64,000 bases of DNA from contig JAKMXF010000354.1 of NCBI GenBank assembly GCA_024704765.1, forward strand, positions 109,690 through 173,689. Reading direction: 5' to 3'. Below, in pieces: positions 1-10,782 of the stretch. The notes under the pieces are model-generated. The model made no database searches and was not told the DNA's origin. It saw only the letters and a program-made list of their open reading frames with translations. The translations under genes were made by a program, and so were the position numbers. Every line of letters starts with the position of its first letter. The first letter of the stretch is position 1. Source of the stretch: Oopsacas minuta. Its lineage: Eukaryota > Animalia > Porifera.

Positions 1-2
1 GA

Positions 3-1130
3 AAAAATTTTCTTCTCCAACTAGTAATAATACTAAAAGACAAGTATGAAAATATGGAAATCACACGATTGGCGAGGATAGATGACTTAACGAAAGCCCA
101 ATACTCTGCAGAGCAAATTAGTTTGAGACGTAATGAGAACGTTTCAATACGTGAGGAGATAGCTAAAATGTTTAGGAATAGACACGATGTTTTAAAGATT
201 CCAACACCTTTTCCCACTCTTACATTCAATACATCACTTTTAACAGATCTGCAAAATATGATAAATAGTTTTGGCGAAGTGTTGGAATGCGACTCCATCG
301 ACTATTCATTGAAAGAAGAACCTAAAGTAGCTATTGGAAAGAATGGAAAGAGGAAAGGAGAGTTTAATTCTCCGAGGGGTATAGCTATTAATGAAAATGA
401 AGGAAACATATTTGTAGCTGATCGCGAAAATAGTAGGATGCAAGTTTTAACAATGGAAGGCGGATGCGTATGTGAATTTGGGAAGGATGAGCTCAAGAGT
501 CCTTACGGTGTAGCTGTCAATGATGAGCATATATTCATTACTGATACATTCCATCATGCTGTATTCAAATACAGCTGTTCTCCTATTCAGTTTGTAGGTA
601 AGGCAGGGACTAAAGGGAAATCTGATGGACAGCTTAACAAACCATGCGGCTTGTCAGTGGACGCGAGTGGGGATGTGTACATAACTGAATATTGGAATTA
701 CAGAGTATCCATATTTACGAAAAACCTGGAATTTATTAAATTTATCGGTAATGATATTCTTGTGCATCCAAAAGACGTGAAGCTAACATATTCTTTGGTG
801 ATAGTGTTAGACTTGAGTTTTCATTGCATACATTATTTCAATCGTAATGGAAATCATCTTAGCTCCTGCGTTACACAAGGATACCAGCAGCAGTGCTTAG
901 TATACGATCCGTTCTTTTTCTGTCTGGACGATTCCGAAAATATTATCATTAGCGACAGACTTAACAATTGCATCAAGATTGTTTCGAAATCTGGTGATTT
1001 GTTACAAACCATAGGAAGGAAAGGGAAAGAGAAAGGACAGTTGACTAAACCAAAAGGGATTTGCATTACTAAGTCTGGGAAAATATTTGTTACTTCTGAT
1101 AATCCTAAGTATGCTCTACAATCATTCTGA
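3..1130 (+). CDS. NHL-repeat (six-bladed beta-propeller) protein, TRIM-NHL-like C-terminus; 5' partial
   Basis: Repeated NHL motifs (GEFNSPRGIAI, GQLNKPCGLSVD, GQLTKPKGICI; FVADRENSRMQV). The frame of the ATG at 54 stays open back to the window start (KNFLLQLVIILKDKYEN-M), so the true start is probably upstream. Confidence 0.85.
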   Translation, partial: KNFLLQLVIILKDKYENMEITRLARIDDLTKAQYSAEQISLRRNENVSIREEIAKMFRNRHDVLKIPTPFPTLTFNTSLLTDLQNMINSFGEVLECDSIDYSLKEEPKVAIGKNGKRKGEFNSPRGIAINENEGNIFVADRENSRMQVLTMEGGCVCEFGKDELKSPYGVAVNDEHIFITDTFHHAVFKYSCSPIQFVGKAGTKGKSDGQLNKPCGLSVDASGDVYITEYWNYRVSIFTKNLEFIKFIGNDILVHPKDVKLTYSLVIVLDLSFHCIHYFNRNGNHLSSCVTQGYQQQCLVYDPFFFCLDDSENIIISDRLNNCIKIVSKSGDLLQTIGRKGKEKGQLTKPKGICITKSGKIFVTSDNPKYALQSF

Positions 1131-1838
1131 TATTTTTTCTTATCAAGAACCGAATTGTATTATGATACATTATATGTATATTGTTTGGATATTATGTATA
1201 TGCTGATTATGCTCGTTTGGTCTATTGTACATATTTACCACTTTAGTGATAGTTTATAGAATGATATGCTTTATTTGTGTTCCAATTTCTTACTGATTAG
1301 AATAATGATTCCTATTCATAATCGTATTATTCGGAATTATTCTTCTCCTCACTTCATCCAAATTATGGATGTTTTACTACCGTCTATTTTAATCCCCTTG
1401 ACAATTACAGTGCAACCTCGGAATTACAGTCACCCTTGGGACCGAGAAAATTGTCTGAATTTCGGGGTGGCCGTAATTGTAAAAGTATTCAAATATTCTC
1501 TCAAAATTGTATCAGAAATCCATTATACTTTATCATACTAACTTTAGTTAAGAGTATAATTATTGTTGCTCTCACGACAATAATTATCAAATTTGATATG
1601 TTGACAGTATTTTTGTCATTTTTTGTAGGTAGATTACACCTCATTGTGTTTTTATCGTTTTTATTAATATCAACAATATGTATCATGACGTACCATTGTT
1701 ATAAGAAATTAACCGTAATTCCAGGGTTAATAATACGTCGAGTTACGCACTAATACAATGCCTGTATTCTGAATTACATTTATGTAAACTGAAGTAAGCA
1801 TATAACAAATTTATATTTTTATCTGAATATAAATAGCT

Positions 1839-4748
1839 ATGAGTGTTACTTCATTGAGCCCAGCCCATCATCCTGTATTCAACGTGTTTGGAGACTACTT
1901 CTGGAGTTCTGACAGAAATATAACGGAGGGAGTGAATGTGTTGTATGAAGCTTCTAAGGTAAGTTTAAACAACACTAAACAATTGACTGAGCTATTTCAG
2001 GAACATTTAGAAATGGAGCGTGATTATAACAAACGTTTGAAGAAGTTATCCGATAAAGTGCGTTCTGTGAGCGATGACAAGAACACCATGGCTCCCATCT
2101 GGAAGAACTTATCTACGATGTATACGTCTATGAGTGAAATGCATTCTCAGTATCTCAAAGAGCTTTCTCTAACCCACAAGTCTATCTCTAGCTACTCCTC
2201 TGAAGAGAAAAAAAACTCCAACAGTCTATCCAAACAATGGGAGCAAGCTAACTCCCTCAAGCAACACTACAACAAGTCCTTTCAACAGTACAGTACCTCT
2301 AAGAGTCAGTTCTACATAGTTTCACAGTCTGTTCAGAAGAGTAACCATTTGGAAGTGGGGTCGAATGGAAGTACAGAACATCCAGAACAAGAGGGGGAGC
2401 TGGTCCGCTCGCAAGAAGAATACAAAAGTTCTGTTTCAAAACATTCTAGTTCAGTTCAACAAACTGTCGATAAACTGTTTAGCATTTTTGTTGAGTTTGA
2501 GTGTTTCGAAAAACAGAGATTCTCAAAGATATGCGGTATTATTCAAGAATTCTTGTGTGTCTTCTCAAAATTTTTCGTTCGTGTTTCTAAGATAACTGAA
2601 GGAACAGGTGAGAGTGTAAAAGCTATTGAGAACAGCAAGGAATCGATTTTGATAGATTTCGCATCTCGATATGGAACAAAGGGACATCGCCCCATCTCCC
2701 CTTGCTATGATGATCCTCCTAACGTAGCTGAGCTAGAGACTGAATTAGGACCACGTCCTATTTATCGGAGTCCTTCTGCACAGTCTATAGAATCCGACAA
2801 GTCTAAGCCAGAAACTCCTAAATCTAAGAGGTCACATAAAGTCGGAAATAAATATGATCAAGATAAAAAGAAGGCGAAATCAAAGAATTTTTTGAAAAAA
2901 AAATCTAAAACTCAACCCGAGTCAGAACCTTCAACTCTAAACCCAAACTTCAATCCAGAACAATCCCTCTCTCTTTCTAAGACCCCCTCTCCAGTCGACA
3001 CCTTGCTGCCTGGTTTCGTTCTCGACGAGGATGGATATCGAGTACGAATAGATGATGGAGGTACCTCTCCACAGCCCCATAGCCGATCTAGTAGTAGCAG
3101 TACTGACACAGACGTAGAGAATAACACAAGTGCTGATGTACTTCGTAATATGCACATAAACCAGCCAAAGAGTCTGTTAGATGCGAGTAATGACAACACA
3201 GAAGATCTCTATAAATTAATAGATAAGATGAAGCTTGGAGCACCTCATACAAACCTCTCTTCCAGGAAATCTAACTCTGCTAATCAGCTGACACAAGGAA
3301 CTGATTCTAGTATAGAGAATCTGCTAGCTCCTCTCAGACAGAAGAACACCAATATAGGAGACGTGTTGCTAGCTTCTACCTCCTATACCAAGAGACAGTC
3401 CTCGGCACCTCGACAGGCCGAATGGGATCAAGATTCCGAGCCAGACAGGACTAGGACTCCTACCCCTGTCGACCCCACTCAAGACGGAATAGCATTCCCA
3501 CAACTAAGTGGATTAGACCCTTATACTTTCTCAAATGATTTATCTACCCCCAGAATAAATGCTAAGCTCAGTATAGTCCCTCCTCTAAGTAAAGAGGATG
3601 ATTTTACATTTACTAATAACTTCTCTAATCCTGCTGATCCCGATAATATGACACCCACTATTTCTAAGAATCCTCTCACCTTCTCGACCTCCTCTCCCTC
3701 CTTTATCCCTCTCTCCCCCCCTGTAGTAGCACTACCCCCACCTATAGTCATAAGATCCCCTCCTACCAACTCCCTACTCAGAAATAAACCTGCTTCAAAG
3801 CTCTCTATTGGTAACAGGATGGTCCAGATTATCCCCGAATCAGAATTTGACTCTCCGACTCACTCTGCAGGCTCAAATCCCCAATCCCCTGAGCAGATTA
3901 TCCGTCCAGACTCCTCCATGTCATTTACTAGTGAAATTGCACGTGGTAGCTCTCCTGGTAGCGACACAATGCCGATAGCTCTCAGTCTAGAGGAGACTAT
4001 ACATGTGCTATACAAACAGAATCAGCTGACTGAGCAGTTTGTTAGACTAGGTGGTAAACTCAAAATCGCATTCTTGTCCAATAATATTGATACTTTACAT
4101 CAGTCTAACCTCGTGTTTGTCATGGAAGGTGATAATTTAATCACAGATAAATTCAAGTGTGTCGAAGAGACATTGCTCTCTCGGGAGGGAGAGGAATTCT
4201 ACTTCAAGATGGAACCTCTCAAAGAATATCTGCTAAAACAGAGAGCTTCTACTCCAGGAAAGAGTTTCACAGTTCTAGAAGCTCTAGGTTACTCTGTGAA
4301 GATACCAGTGACAGCCCCACCACTCTTACTCACTGTCACATGGGACCCTGACTCTAGGACAGATCAGACAGTAGTCGACATACAGTATAAATACAATCCA
4401 GACGGATTCCCTATTCTCTCCCCTTATCCTCTTGAAAACGTTGTATTCTCAGTAAATTACGGGAGTAAGATTAGTGAGGTTGAATTAGAACCAGTTGGTC
4501 ACCATGTAAAGCCGAACTACAAGGTAATATGGAAACGAGATATGATATCGTCCCAGATAAACTCTACAGGAAAGTTTACTGCCATTTTCACACACCTCCC
4601 AGACCTTAAATTACCTCATGTAGTAGAGGTATCATTCAAAGCTAACCACACACTATCTTCTACTCAGGTTAAACTGAAGCGTCCTGGCTTTAACATAGCG
4701 AAAACTAAACGCAATCTCTCTAGTGGAGTGTACAAAAGTGAAAATTGA
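1839..4748 (+). CDS. FCHO2: F-BAR domain only protein (muniscin: F-BAR, Ser/Pro-rich linker, mu-homology domain)
   Basis: N-terminal FGDYFWS...EGVNVLY...TKQLTELFQEHLEMERDY matches the FCH/F-BAR pattern. The C-terminal PIALSLEETIH... region matches the muniscin mu-homology domain. Single exon. FCHO1 versus FCHO2 cannot be resolved. Confidence 0.85.
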   Translation: MSVTSLSPAHHPVFNVFGDYFWSSDRNITEGVNVLYEASKVSLNNTKQLTELFQEHLEMERDYNKRLKKLSDKVRSVSDDKNTMAPIWKNLSTMYTSMSEMHSQYLKELSLTHKSISSYSSEEKKNSNSLSKQWEQANSLKQHYNKSFQQYSTSKSQFYIVSQSVQKSNHLEVGSNGSTEHPEQEGELVRSQEEYKSSVSKHSSSVQQTVDKLFSIFVEFECFEKQRFSKICGIIQEFLCVFSKFFVRVSKITEGTGESVKAIENSKESILIDFASRYGTKGHRPISPCYDDPPNVAELETELGPRPIYRSPSAQSIESDKSKPETPKSKRSHKVGNKYDQDKKKAKSKNFLKKKSKTQPESEPSTLNPNFNPEQSLSLSKTPSPVDTLLPGFVLDEDGYRVRIDDGGTSPQPHSRSSSSSTDTDVENNTSADVLRNMHINQPKSLLDASNDNTEDLYKLIDKMKLGAPHTNLSSRKSNSANQLTQGTDSSIENLLAPLRQKNTNIGDVLLASTSYTKRQSSAPRQAEWDQDSEPDRTRTPTPVDPTQDGIAFPQLSGLDPYTFSNDLSTPRINAKLSIVPPLSKEDDFTFTNNFSNPADPDNMTPTISKNPLTFSTSSPSFIPLSPPVVALPPPIVIRSPPTNSLLRNKPASKLSIGNRMVQIIPESEFDSPTHSAGSNPQSPEQIIRPDSSMSFTSEIARGSSPGSDTMPIALSLEETIHVLYKQNQLTEQFVRLGGKLKIAFLSNNIDTLHQSNLVFVMEGDNLITDKFKCVEETLLSREGEEFYFKMEPLKEYLLKQRASTPGKSFTVLEALGYSVKIPVTAPPLLLTVTWDPDSRTDQTVVDIQYKYNPDGFPILSPYPLENVVFSVNYGSKISEVELEPVGHHVKPNYKVIWKRDMISSQINSTGKFTAIFTHLPDLKLPHVVEVSFKANHTLSSTQVKLKRPGFNIAKTKRNLSSGVYKSEN

Positions 4749-5587
4749 TCACACAGTCTCCTATGTGATATTCCAACGAGTAAATATGTAATAATTTCTT
4801 TAATGAATTCTTAACTATGTTGGCTAACCTGTACTAGCAATTATTTATTGTTATTTCTATTTTGATCTGTGAGTTATGTCTATCAGTAACTTTATATTCA
4901 TTTTGTTTGCTTAATGATTTATTTACATTTGTGGGACGAGTATACTTCCTATCAAAATACCAAATTAGTTCTAATTCAGCCGCAGTTTTTAATAATTTCG
5001 TGTTCTAGGGCCCCACATTAAACCAATTAAATATGATTGTTCCCAGACGGTGCTCAACATAGGACGGCACCTAACTAATTAGAGCCCTCCCAGGTAAATT
5101 CATGGTACAGCAACCAAAGTAGATGTTAGATACATGTTACATTATGTCATATGGCTACATAGTAACTACTAACAACAACTAGATTTCTAACTAATAGTCC
5201 CCGTTCTCAACCTTAGACTCTTGACAGAGTGCAACTGTAAGCTCTAATTATGTAAGCACCCAAAAAATAATTATTCCGTCTGGGGGCCTCCAATTATTAG
5301 GACAGGAAACCCACATTTACCCGCCAGAGGCGCTTAACCTAGAACGGCACCTCAATTAGATCGCATACTGTTGAATATAATTGGAGCTTATGTTAGTGTT
5401 CTGATAACATATCCACTTCTTAAGACCCAAACCGGCGTTAAGAAAGTAGATCGTTGAGTTCTACGATTGATGTACGTATATAGCTAAGAAGAGAAACTGA
5501 TGTCTTCACATATGAAGAATCGTAATTAAACTCATAAAGTGTCAATTCTCCATGTATGGTCATTTTAGCTTGTGTGCGAATATATAC

Positions 5588-5660
5588 TACCGTATTCACT
5601 CTAATTCAGGTATCGTTCTAGGTTCTAGGAAACGGCGCCTGAATTAGAACGAATACGGTA
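5588..5660. mobile_element. Short MITE with TACCGTATT...AATACGGTA ends (Tc1/mariner-pogo type)
   Basis: Imperfect 23-bp inverted ends taccgtattcactctaattcagg / cctgaattagaacgaatacggta, with TA at both termini. Confidence 0.55.
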
Positions 5661-5937
5661 CTTAAATACATAATTATTCAAAATGATACGATCTAGTGAA
5701 TCGAGGTATCTTCACTTCTACTTTGAAGGAATTTTGTATAATTCAGACAGTCAGTACATTAAAAAGCTTGGAGACGTGTAGTATATGTACAACAGTTCAG
5801 CGTTGTAACTAGTTCGGACATATGCCATCCTTGAGTAAGAAGTCGTTAGTTGGTTGTAAACTATTAACTTGAGTTAAGCCCACAATACACGGTGCAAAGG
5901 GCCTCGTTTAGTTTATTTATAGCATATAATTTAACTA

Positions 5938-6389
5938 CAGTCAACTTCGCTTAATTGGACAAATCTCCAGGAACGGAATCATCTCCATTCAAGTTAATAC
6001 TAAATATTTTCAGTTAATGGGACAAACTCTGCTAATCGAATGAAAATTATTAACTCAATCAAGACGAATTTTCTCTTTAGTTAGGAAATTCTAATAAGCT
6101 AGTTTTATGTACAAATTTAGATAGAGAGACTACATTTTGGATTAATTTGCCCAAATCAAATTCTATTTACTAGTTATTGTTATAACATTGATTCACGGAA
6201 GGCACTAAACATCCAAAATATTAAAATTTGTACTATGGATGGGTTTGGCTCAACCATAGAGTGGTTAACTTGCTTTAGAGGACTCTAAAATAGAATAGTA
6301 CTGCTCTTTAGTATTATTATTAGAACATTTCCGGTTAATTGGGACAAAATAGCTGGAACCGATGTGTCCCGATTAAGCAGAGTTGACTG
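5938..6389. mobile_element. CAGT...ACTG MITE with TA target duplication
   Basis: TA|CAGTCAACTTCGCTTAAT ... ATTAAGCAGAGTTGACTG|TA inverted termini. Confidence 0.65.
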
Positions 6390-6451
6390 TATTTACTAAA
6401 CTATAAACTAAACTCAAACATTAAATTGCAATTTTCCTAATTCCAGCAATA

Positions 6452-6563
6452 CAGTAGTGTTTCGTTAATACGAATACGGTTAAGACGTAACTCCGGATAA
6501 GGAGCACGAATTTGGCAGTCCCCTGGTGTACCTATTAACATATTAACGAGACGAGATTTACTG
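6452..6563. mobile_element. CAGT...ACTG MITE with TA target duplication
   Basis: TA|CAGTAGTGTTTCGTTAATA ... TATTAACGAGACGAGATTTACTG|TA. Confidence 0.5.
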
Positions 6564-7209
6564 TATAACGAATTTCTTTTCCAATCTATAACTTTAGAAT
6601 ATTATTGATTATCTTATAAGTTATAATATAACTACGATCGTATGACTCCTGCTACTTTGTATCAAATATTAGAGCATATGCTCATTGCTGAAAATAATTA
6701 TTACATTCAATATTACTAGTAAAAGGAACTTATGAATCCATTACTTCCCTAATTATTAAACGCGCGAACGAGCGTATCTGAAATGAGCTCGATTGTGTCC
6801 CAAGACTTCATGCCTATCCAAGACTTGTATCTGAGCTAAAGAATTTCCACAGTAATTCCTACATAAAATAATTTGACTTATCGCCAACATTAAAAATATC
6901 CGATTTCTACTCTATGTCAAAATCTCACAATTTCAGTCCAATTATAATTATTCAGGTTATTTTATTTATTATAATTATTCAGGTTATTTTATTTGGACTG
7001 AAGTTGTGAGCTTTTGACATAACTTACAATATCCAGTTTCTACTGTACTTAAAATTGGGTCTCTGTACATTGATTAACGATTTCACGTGAATGTAGTTAT
7101 TTTTTAAGTAACATACTTGTCAGACTATCGTAAACTGTGTTTAATTTGACTACTTAATCATGTGCATTTTTTCATTCTCTCTATGTAAATAAGTTAGTAT
7201 CTAACCTTT

Positions 7210-8685
7210 ATGGTTTCCTATCCAAATGCATTTCCCCCAGGTGTTCTGCCTAACTACCGTCCTGGTATGTTACACAGATCCGCGATGCCTGTTCCCAATC
7301 AGAATTCTCGTCTCCCTCTCATCTCCAGCAACATGTCATATCATCCACACGGACAAGATTATCTTCCTTACTCAAACTCCATGACAGGCATACATCCTTT
7401 GGCAGCTGCTACATCTGCTTCTTCTCATTCAGGTCTCAAGAGGAAACCTGCCCTCACAGTTGGACTGGACCCAATGAAGGGGATGTCCCGTATGCCTTCC
7501 ACACAGATAGTCCCACCAAGGAAGCGTTACAAGACCTCTTATCGTGTGCTGCCCAGACAGATCCGATCTTTCGTACCAGAAGGGGAGAACTACCATCAGC
7601 TGCTAATGCTGGAGAAAAGACTTGACAGTATTCTACAACGTGTAAAGATACAATTCGAACATTCCGTCAAAGATAAAAACAGCTTCCGTCTGCCTCGTAA
7701 GCTCCGTATTTTCATCAGCCACAGCTACATAGAGCCTGAAACTCCAACTGACCCTCTTCAATGGGTACTAAAGCTAGAGGGCAGGTTACTGAATCCTAAC
7801 TCCACTGAGACAGAAGATCCTCTACCTCCTGCTAGATTCTCTGCTTTCTTCAGTAGCGTCATATTTGAGCTAGACAGTGAGTTGTACGGATCAGACTCTC
7901 ATCTCCTGGACTGGCAGCATAAAGATACTCAGGACGAAAAGGATGGTATTCTTGTGAAACGTATGTGTGATGAAAGACCTGTAAAATGTGACATGCTACT
8001 ACAAGTACTATACGACCCTCCTAGATATCAGCTGGAGCCAAGACTAGCCGGACTCCTAGGTACTCAGATACAGAGTCAACAGGGAGTTCTGTTGGCTCTG
8101 TGGAGCTATATAAAGTCTCAGAGACTGCAAGATGCTCACAATAAAGAAATAATTAATCTTGATACACATTTAAGAGCTGTGTTTTCATGTGACACATTAA
8201 AGTTCTCTCAATTACGAGACGCGTTACAACCACACCTGACTGCTCCTGACCCTATAGTAGTACACTACATGATCAGCAGAGAAGGATTAGATAAGCAATT
8301 CTCTGTATATGATATCGATGTGGAATTAGAAGATCCATCGTATTCTAAAATACAGCAATTCATTCAGAATATTAACCAGCCTCGGCAAGAGATTCTGAAC
8401 ATCAATCAGTTAATTGACGATCAGATTGAGAACATAACTAACTTAAGACAGAGGAGAGAGTTCTTCATGGCATACTCCCAACAGCCTCAGAGGTTCTTCG
8501 CCGAATGGATGAGCTCTCAAACAAGAGACTTGAAGGTAATACAGGAGGTGGATAGGAAACCAGAACTGGAAAGGAATTCTGATCATTACCAGGGGGAGTG
8601 GACATCTGACGCTGTAACAAAGTATATATATCTAAAAGTTAGCAGTAGGAAACAAGAAATAGACAAAGGGATAGGGAAAAATTGA
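7210..8685 (+). CDS. SMARCD1: SWI/SNF BAF60 subunit (SWIB domain)
   Basis: RKLRIFISH, WVLKLEGRLL, SWIB core LWSYIKSQRLQD...EIINLD, HLTAPDPIV, YDIDVELED. Paralogue number not resolvable. Confidence 0.92.
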   Translation: MVSYPNAFPPGVLPNYRPGMLHRSAMPVPNQNSRLPLISSNMSYHPHGQDYLPYSNSMTGIHPLAAATSASSHSGLKRKPALTVGLDPMKGMSRMPSTQIVPPRKRYKTSYRVLPRQIRSFVPEGENYHQLLMLEKRLDSILQRVKIQFEHSVKDKNSFRLPRKLRIFISHSYIEPETPTDPLQWVLKLEGRLLNPNSTETEDPLPPARFSAFFSSVIFELDSELYGSDSHLLDWQHKDTQDEKDGILVKRMCDERPVKCDMLLQVLYDPPRYQLEPRLAGLLGTQIQSQQGVLLALWSYIKSQRLQDAHNKEIINLDTHLRAVFSCDTLKFSQLRDALQPHLTAPDPIVVHYMISREGLDKQFSVYDIDVELEDPSYSKIQQFIQNINQPRQEILNINQLIDDQIENITNLRQRREFFMAYSQQPQRFFAEWMSSQTRDLKVIQEVDRKPELERNSDHYQGEWTSDAVTKYIYLKVSSRKQEIDKGIGKN

Positions 8686-10782
8686 CTCACTCGTATGTAT
8701 TATTTTATTTAGTTAATTTCTGATTCATTGTTCTACTATCTTTATCATTTGATGGTTGTTACATGATTTATGTTAATTGCTACGGATGTGAATACTGTTT
8801 CAGTGAAGTGTTAACCTGTCTGAATACTATTATAAGAGAATATCTTTCATGAGGCGCGAGGCGCCTCATAATATTATTCTGTCCAACTGTGGTCAGGCCA
8901 TAGTAGTACACCTTTCCCAAATTATCAGACAAATCTAATCATTTTGATTTTCAGATATTCTGAAAAATTGTGAATGCTTAGGATAACTGAAACCTTGAGG
9001 CTGGTTGGTAACTTGACCAACAAGAGGGGGAGATGACAACTCCATTTTCCAAACAAACTAAAGAAGGAAGCGTGGGTGAGATTTACATATACATGTGCTT
9101 ATGCGTATAACTATCTCGTCAACACAGAATTTCGGACTTTCCACTAATAAATCCACCCGGGGGTTTTGGGCGAATTGGAATGGGTCATTCGGGCTAATTT
9201 TTATGAAAAGTGGCCTGACCGATTTCTACGGCCTTGGCTCACCATGTCAGAGTCCCGGTCCATTTCACCCCGTGATTGAATACATGAATTTATTTACTTA
9301 TCCCTATCCAGATTTCCATCCGGTCTTCCTACACTTGTAGAATCCCAATACGTATATGCTTAAGTTTGGGATCCAGAGATTCGAAAACAGAGTCATTTCC
9401 GGCATTGCATGCCCTATTCAATTATACTTCTTACATAATTATTTATTTATTTATCCCAAAGCCGAATATGTAGTTACAATAATCACTAATGGACTGAAGT
9501 TCTATGTATATTGTATACTGTATTAATTGTATAGCCCTATTAAATGGGTTGGATCGAAGCCTCTGGTTTACCTCATCTTTTACGATCTTGTATGTAAGCG
9601 AAATATTACCTATCCCCAATGCTGTTTCCCCAACACTCTTCCCCGTGCATTATATATAACTAGGTTACGCCATGTATTATTTGTAAATTTATTTTTACAA
9701 ATAGTAACTTTCTAAAACTAATGTGTCAGCATGTAGACATTATTGAGTATAAATGGTTCGATGGAGATTATTGTAAATAAGTGCTAGAGAGATGCTTTTT
9801 TGGTTATTAATTTGTATATTGTTGGTGATGGGTTGTGGTAGTTTGTGGACTACAGTTGTGTTTTGTTTTTGGTTTGTGTATTTGCTCCAAGCCATTTATC
9901 ATAAGCGAATTTATCATAATACTGCTTTGAGATGTCTACACGGAGAAAGAACTTGTCAATTATTACAAATACAGGCTCACAAAGCAAGAACTGAATATGT
10001 TAAGAATATCTTCTTATTTTGGATGAATTTAGCAGGATGGTTGGCATTCTTTACGTTATCCCTTCTATATTTTATAGTTATCCAGGTTTTAAATTATCGA
10101 TTCTTCAATCAATTCTGGGCCTGACTGAACGCGTGGAATATTTTCAGACATATAGTAATAGCTTAAACCTAACTATAAGCTTGTCAGGGGGTGCTACCCT
10201 GGTGGTACTATCAGAATCAAGGTAGTAGGAAGCCCATAGGAAGTGGAGTAGCTATGCTGTCTCATGGCGCATAGAACTAACATTATTTCACACAAAAAGT
10301 GGGGGCGGCCAAGGCCGCCCCGCCGCCCAACTTCCGACACCCCTGACTAGAATACTAGCTTTAGTACCACATCTACACCTTCACCAATCAGGGATGATAG
10401 GAAAAATTTTAATTTTATTATTTTCTGTTTTCCTGCTTGGAGTACCAGTAGGATAGCACCAGCTTGACTAAAACCTATACGCTATATAGCCATATTCGTA
10501 AACGCGGTACAGCGTGCTATACACAACAATAACACATACATAACATCTATACCAGCGGTTGCCAAACTTATTCACTCTTAGACCCCCTATACCAACATTA
10601 ACATATCATGTGAACTGTGAAGTGTAAACTACTGAACGGCCGCCTATTGACTCCAATTAAAATTTTGAAATCATGAGAACCCTTCCTATCATCCGTGGAT
10701 TCAAGTTTGGAACATCTTATCTATACTGTTAATACATTAGCAATTATATATGTATCGTAGAGACAATATTAACATGTTTAAA

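Noticed and set aside
1266-1753. Small hydrophobic ORFs between the NHL gene and FCHO
   Set aside because: AT-rich low-complexity translations overlapping a TACAGTG MITE-like end; no recognisable domain.
6941-6994. Exact 27-bp tandem duplication (and a 37-bp one near 46990-47060)
   Set aside because: Ordinary slippage duplications in AT-rich intergenic DNA with no further structure.
9792-10124. 110-aa hydrophobic ORF as a membrane protein
   Set aside because: No family motif, T-rich composition explains the hydrophobicity, and no consistent upstream exons were found; cannot be supported without expression data.
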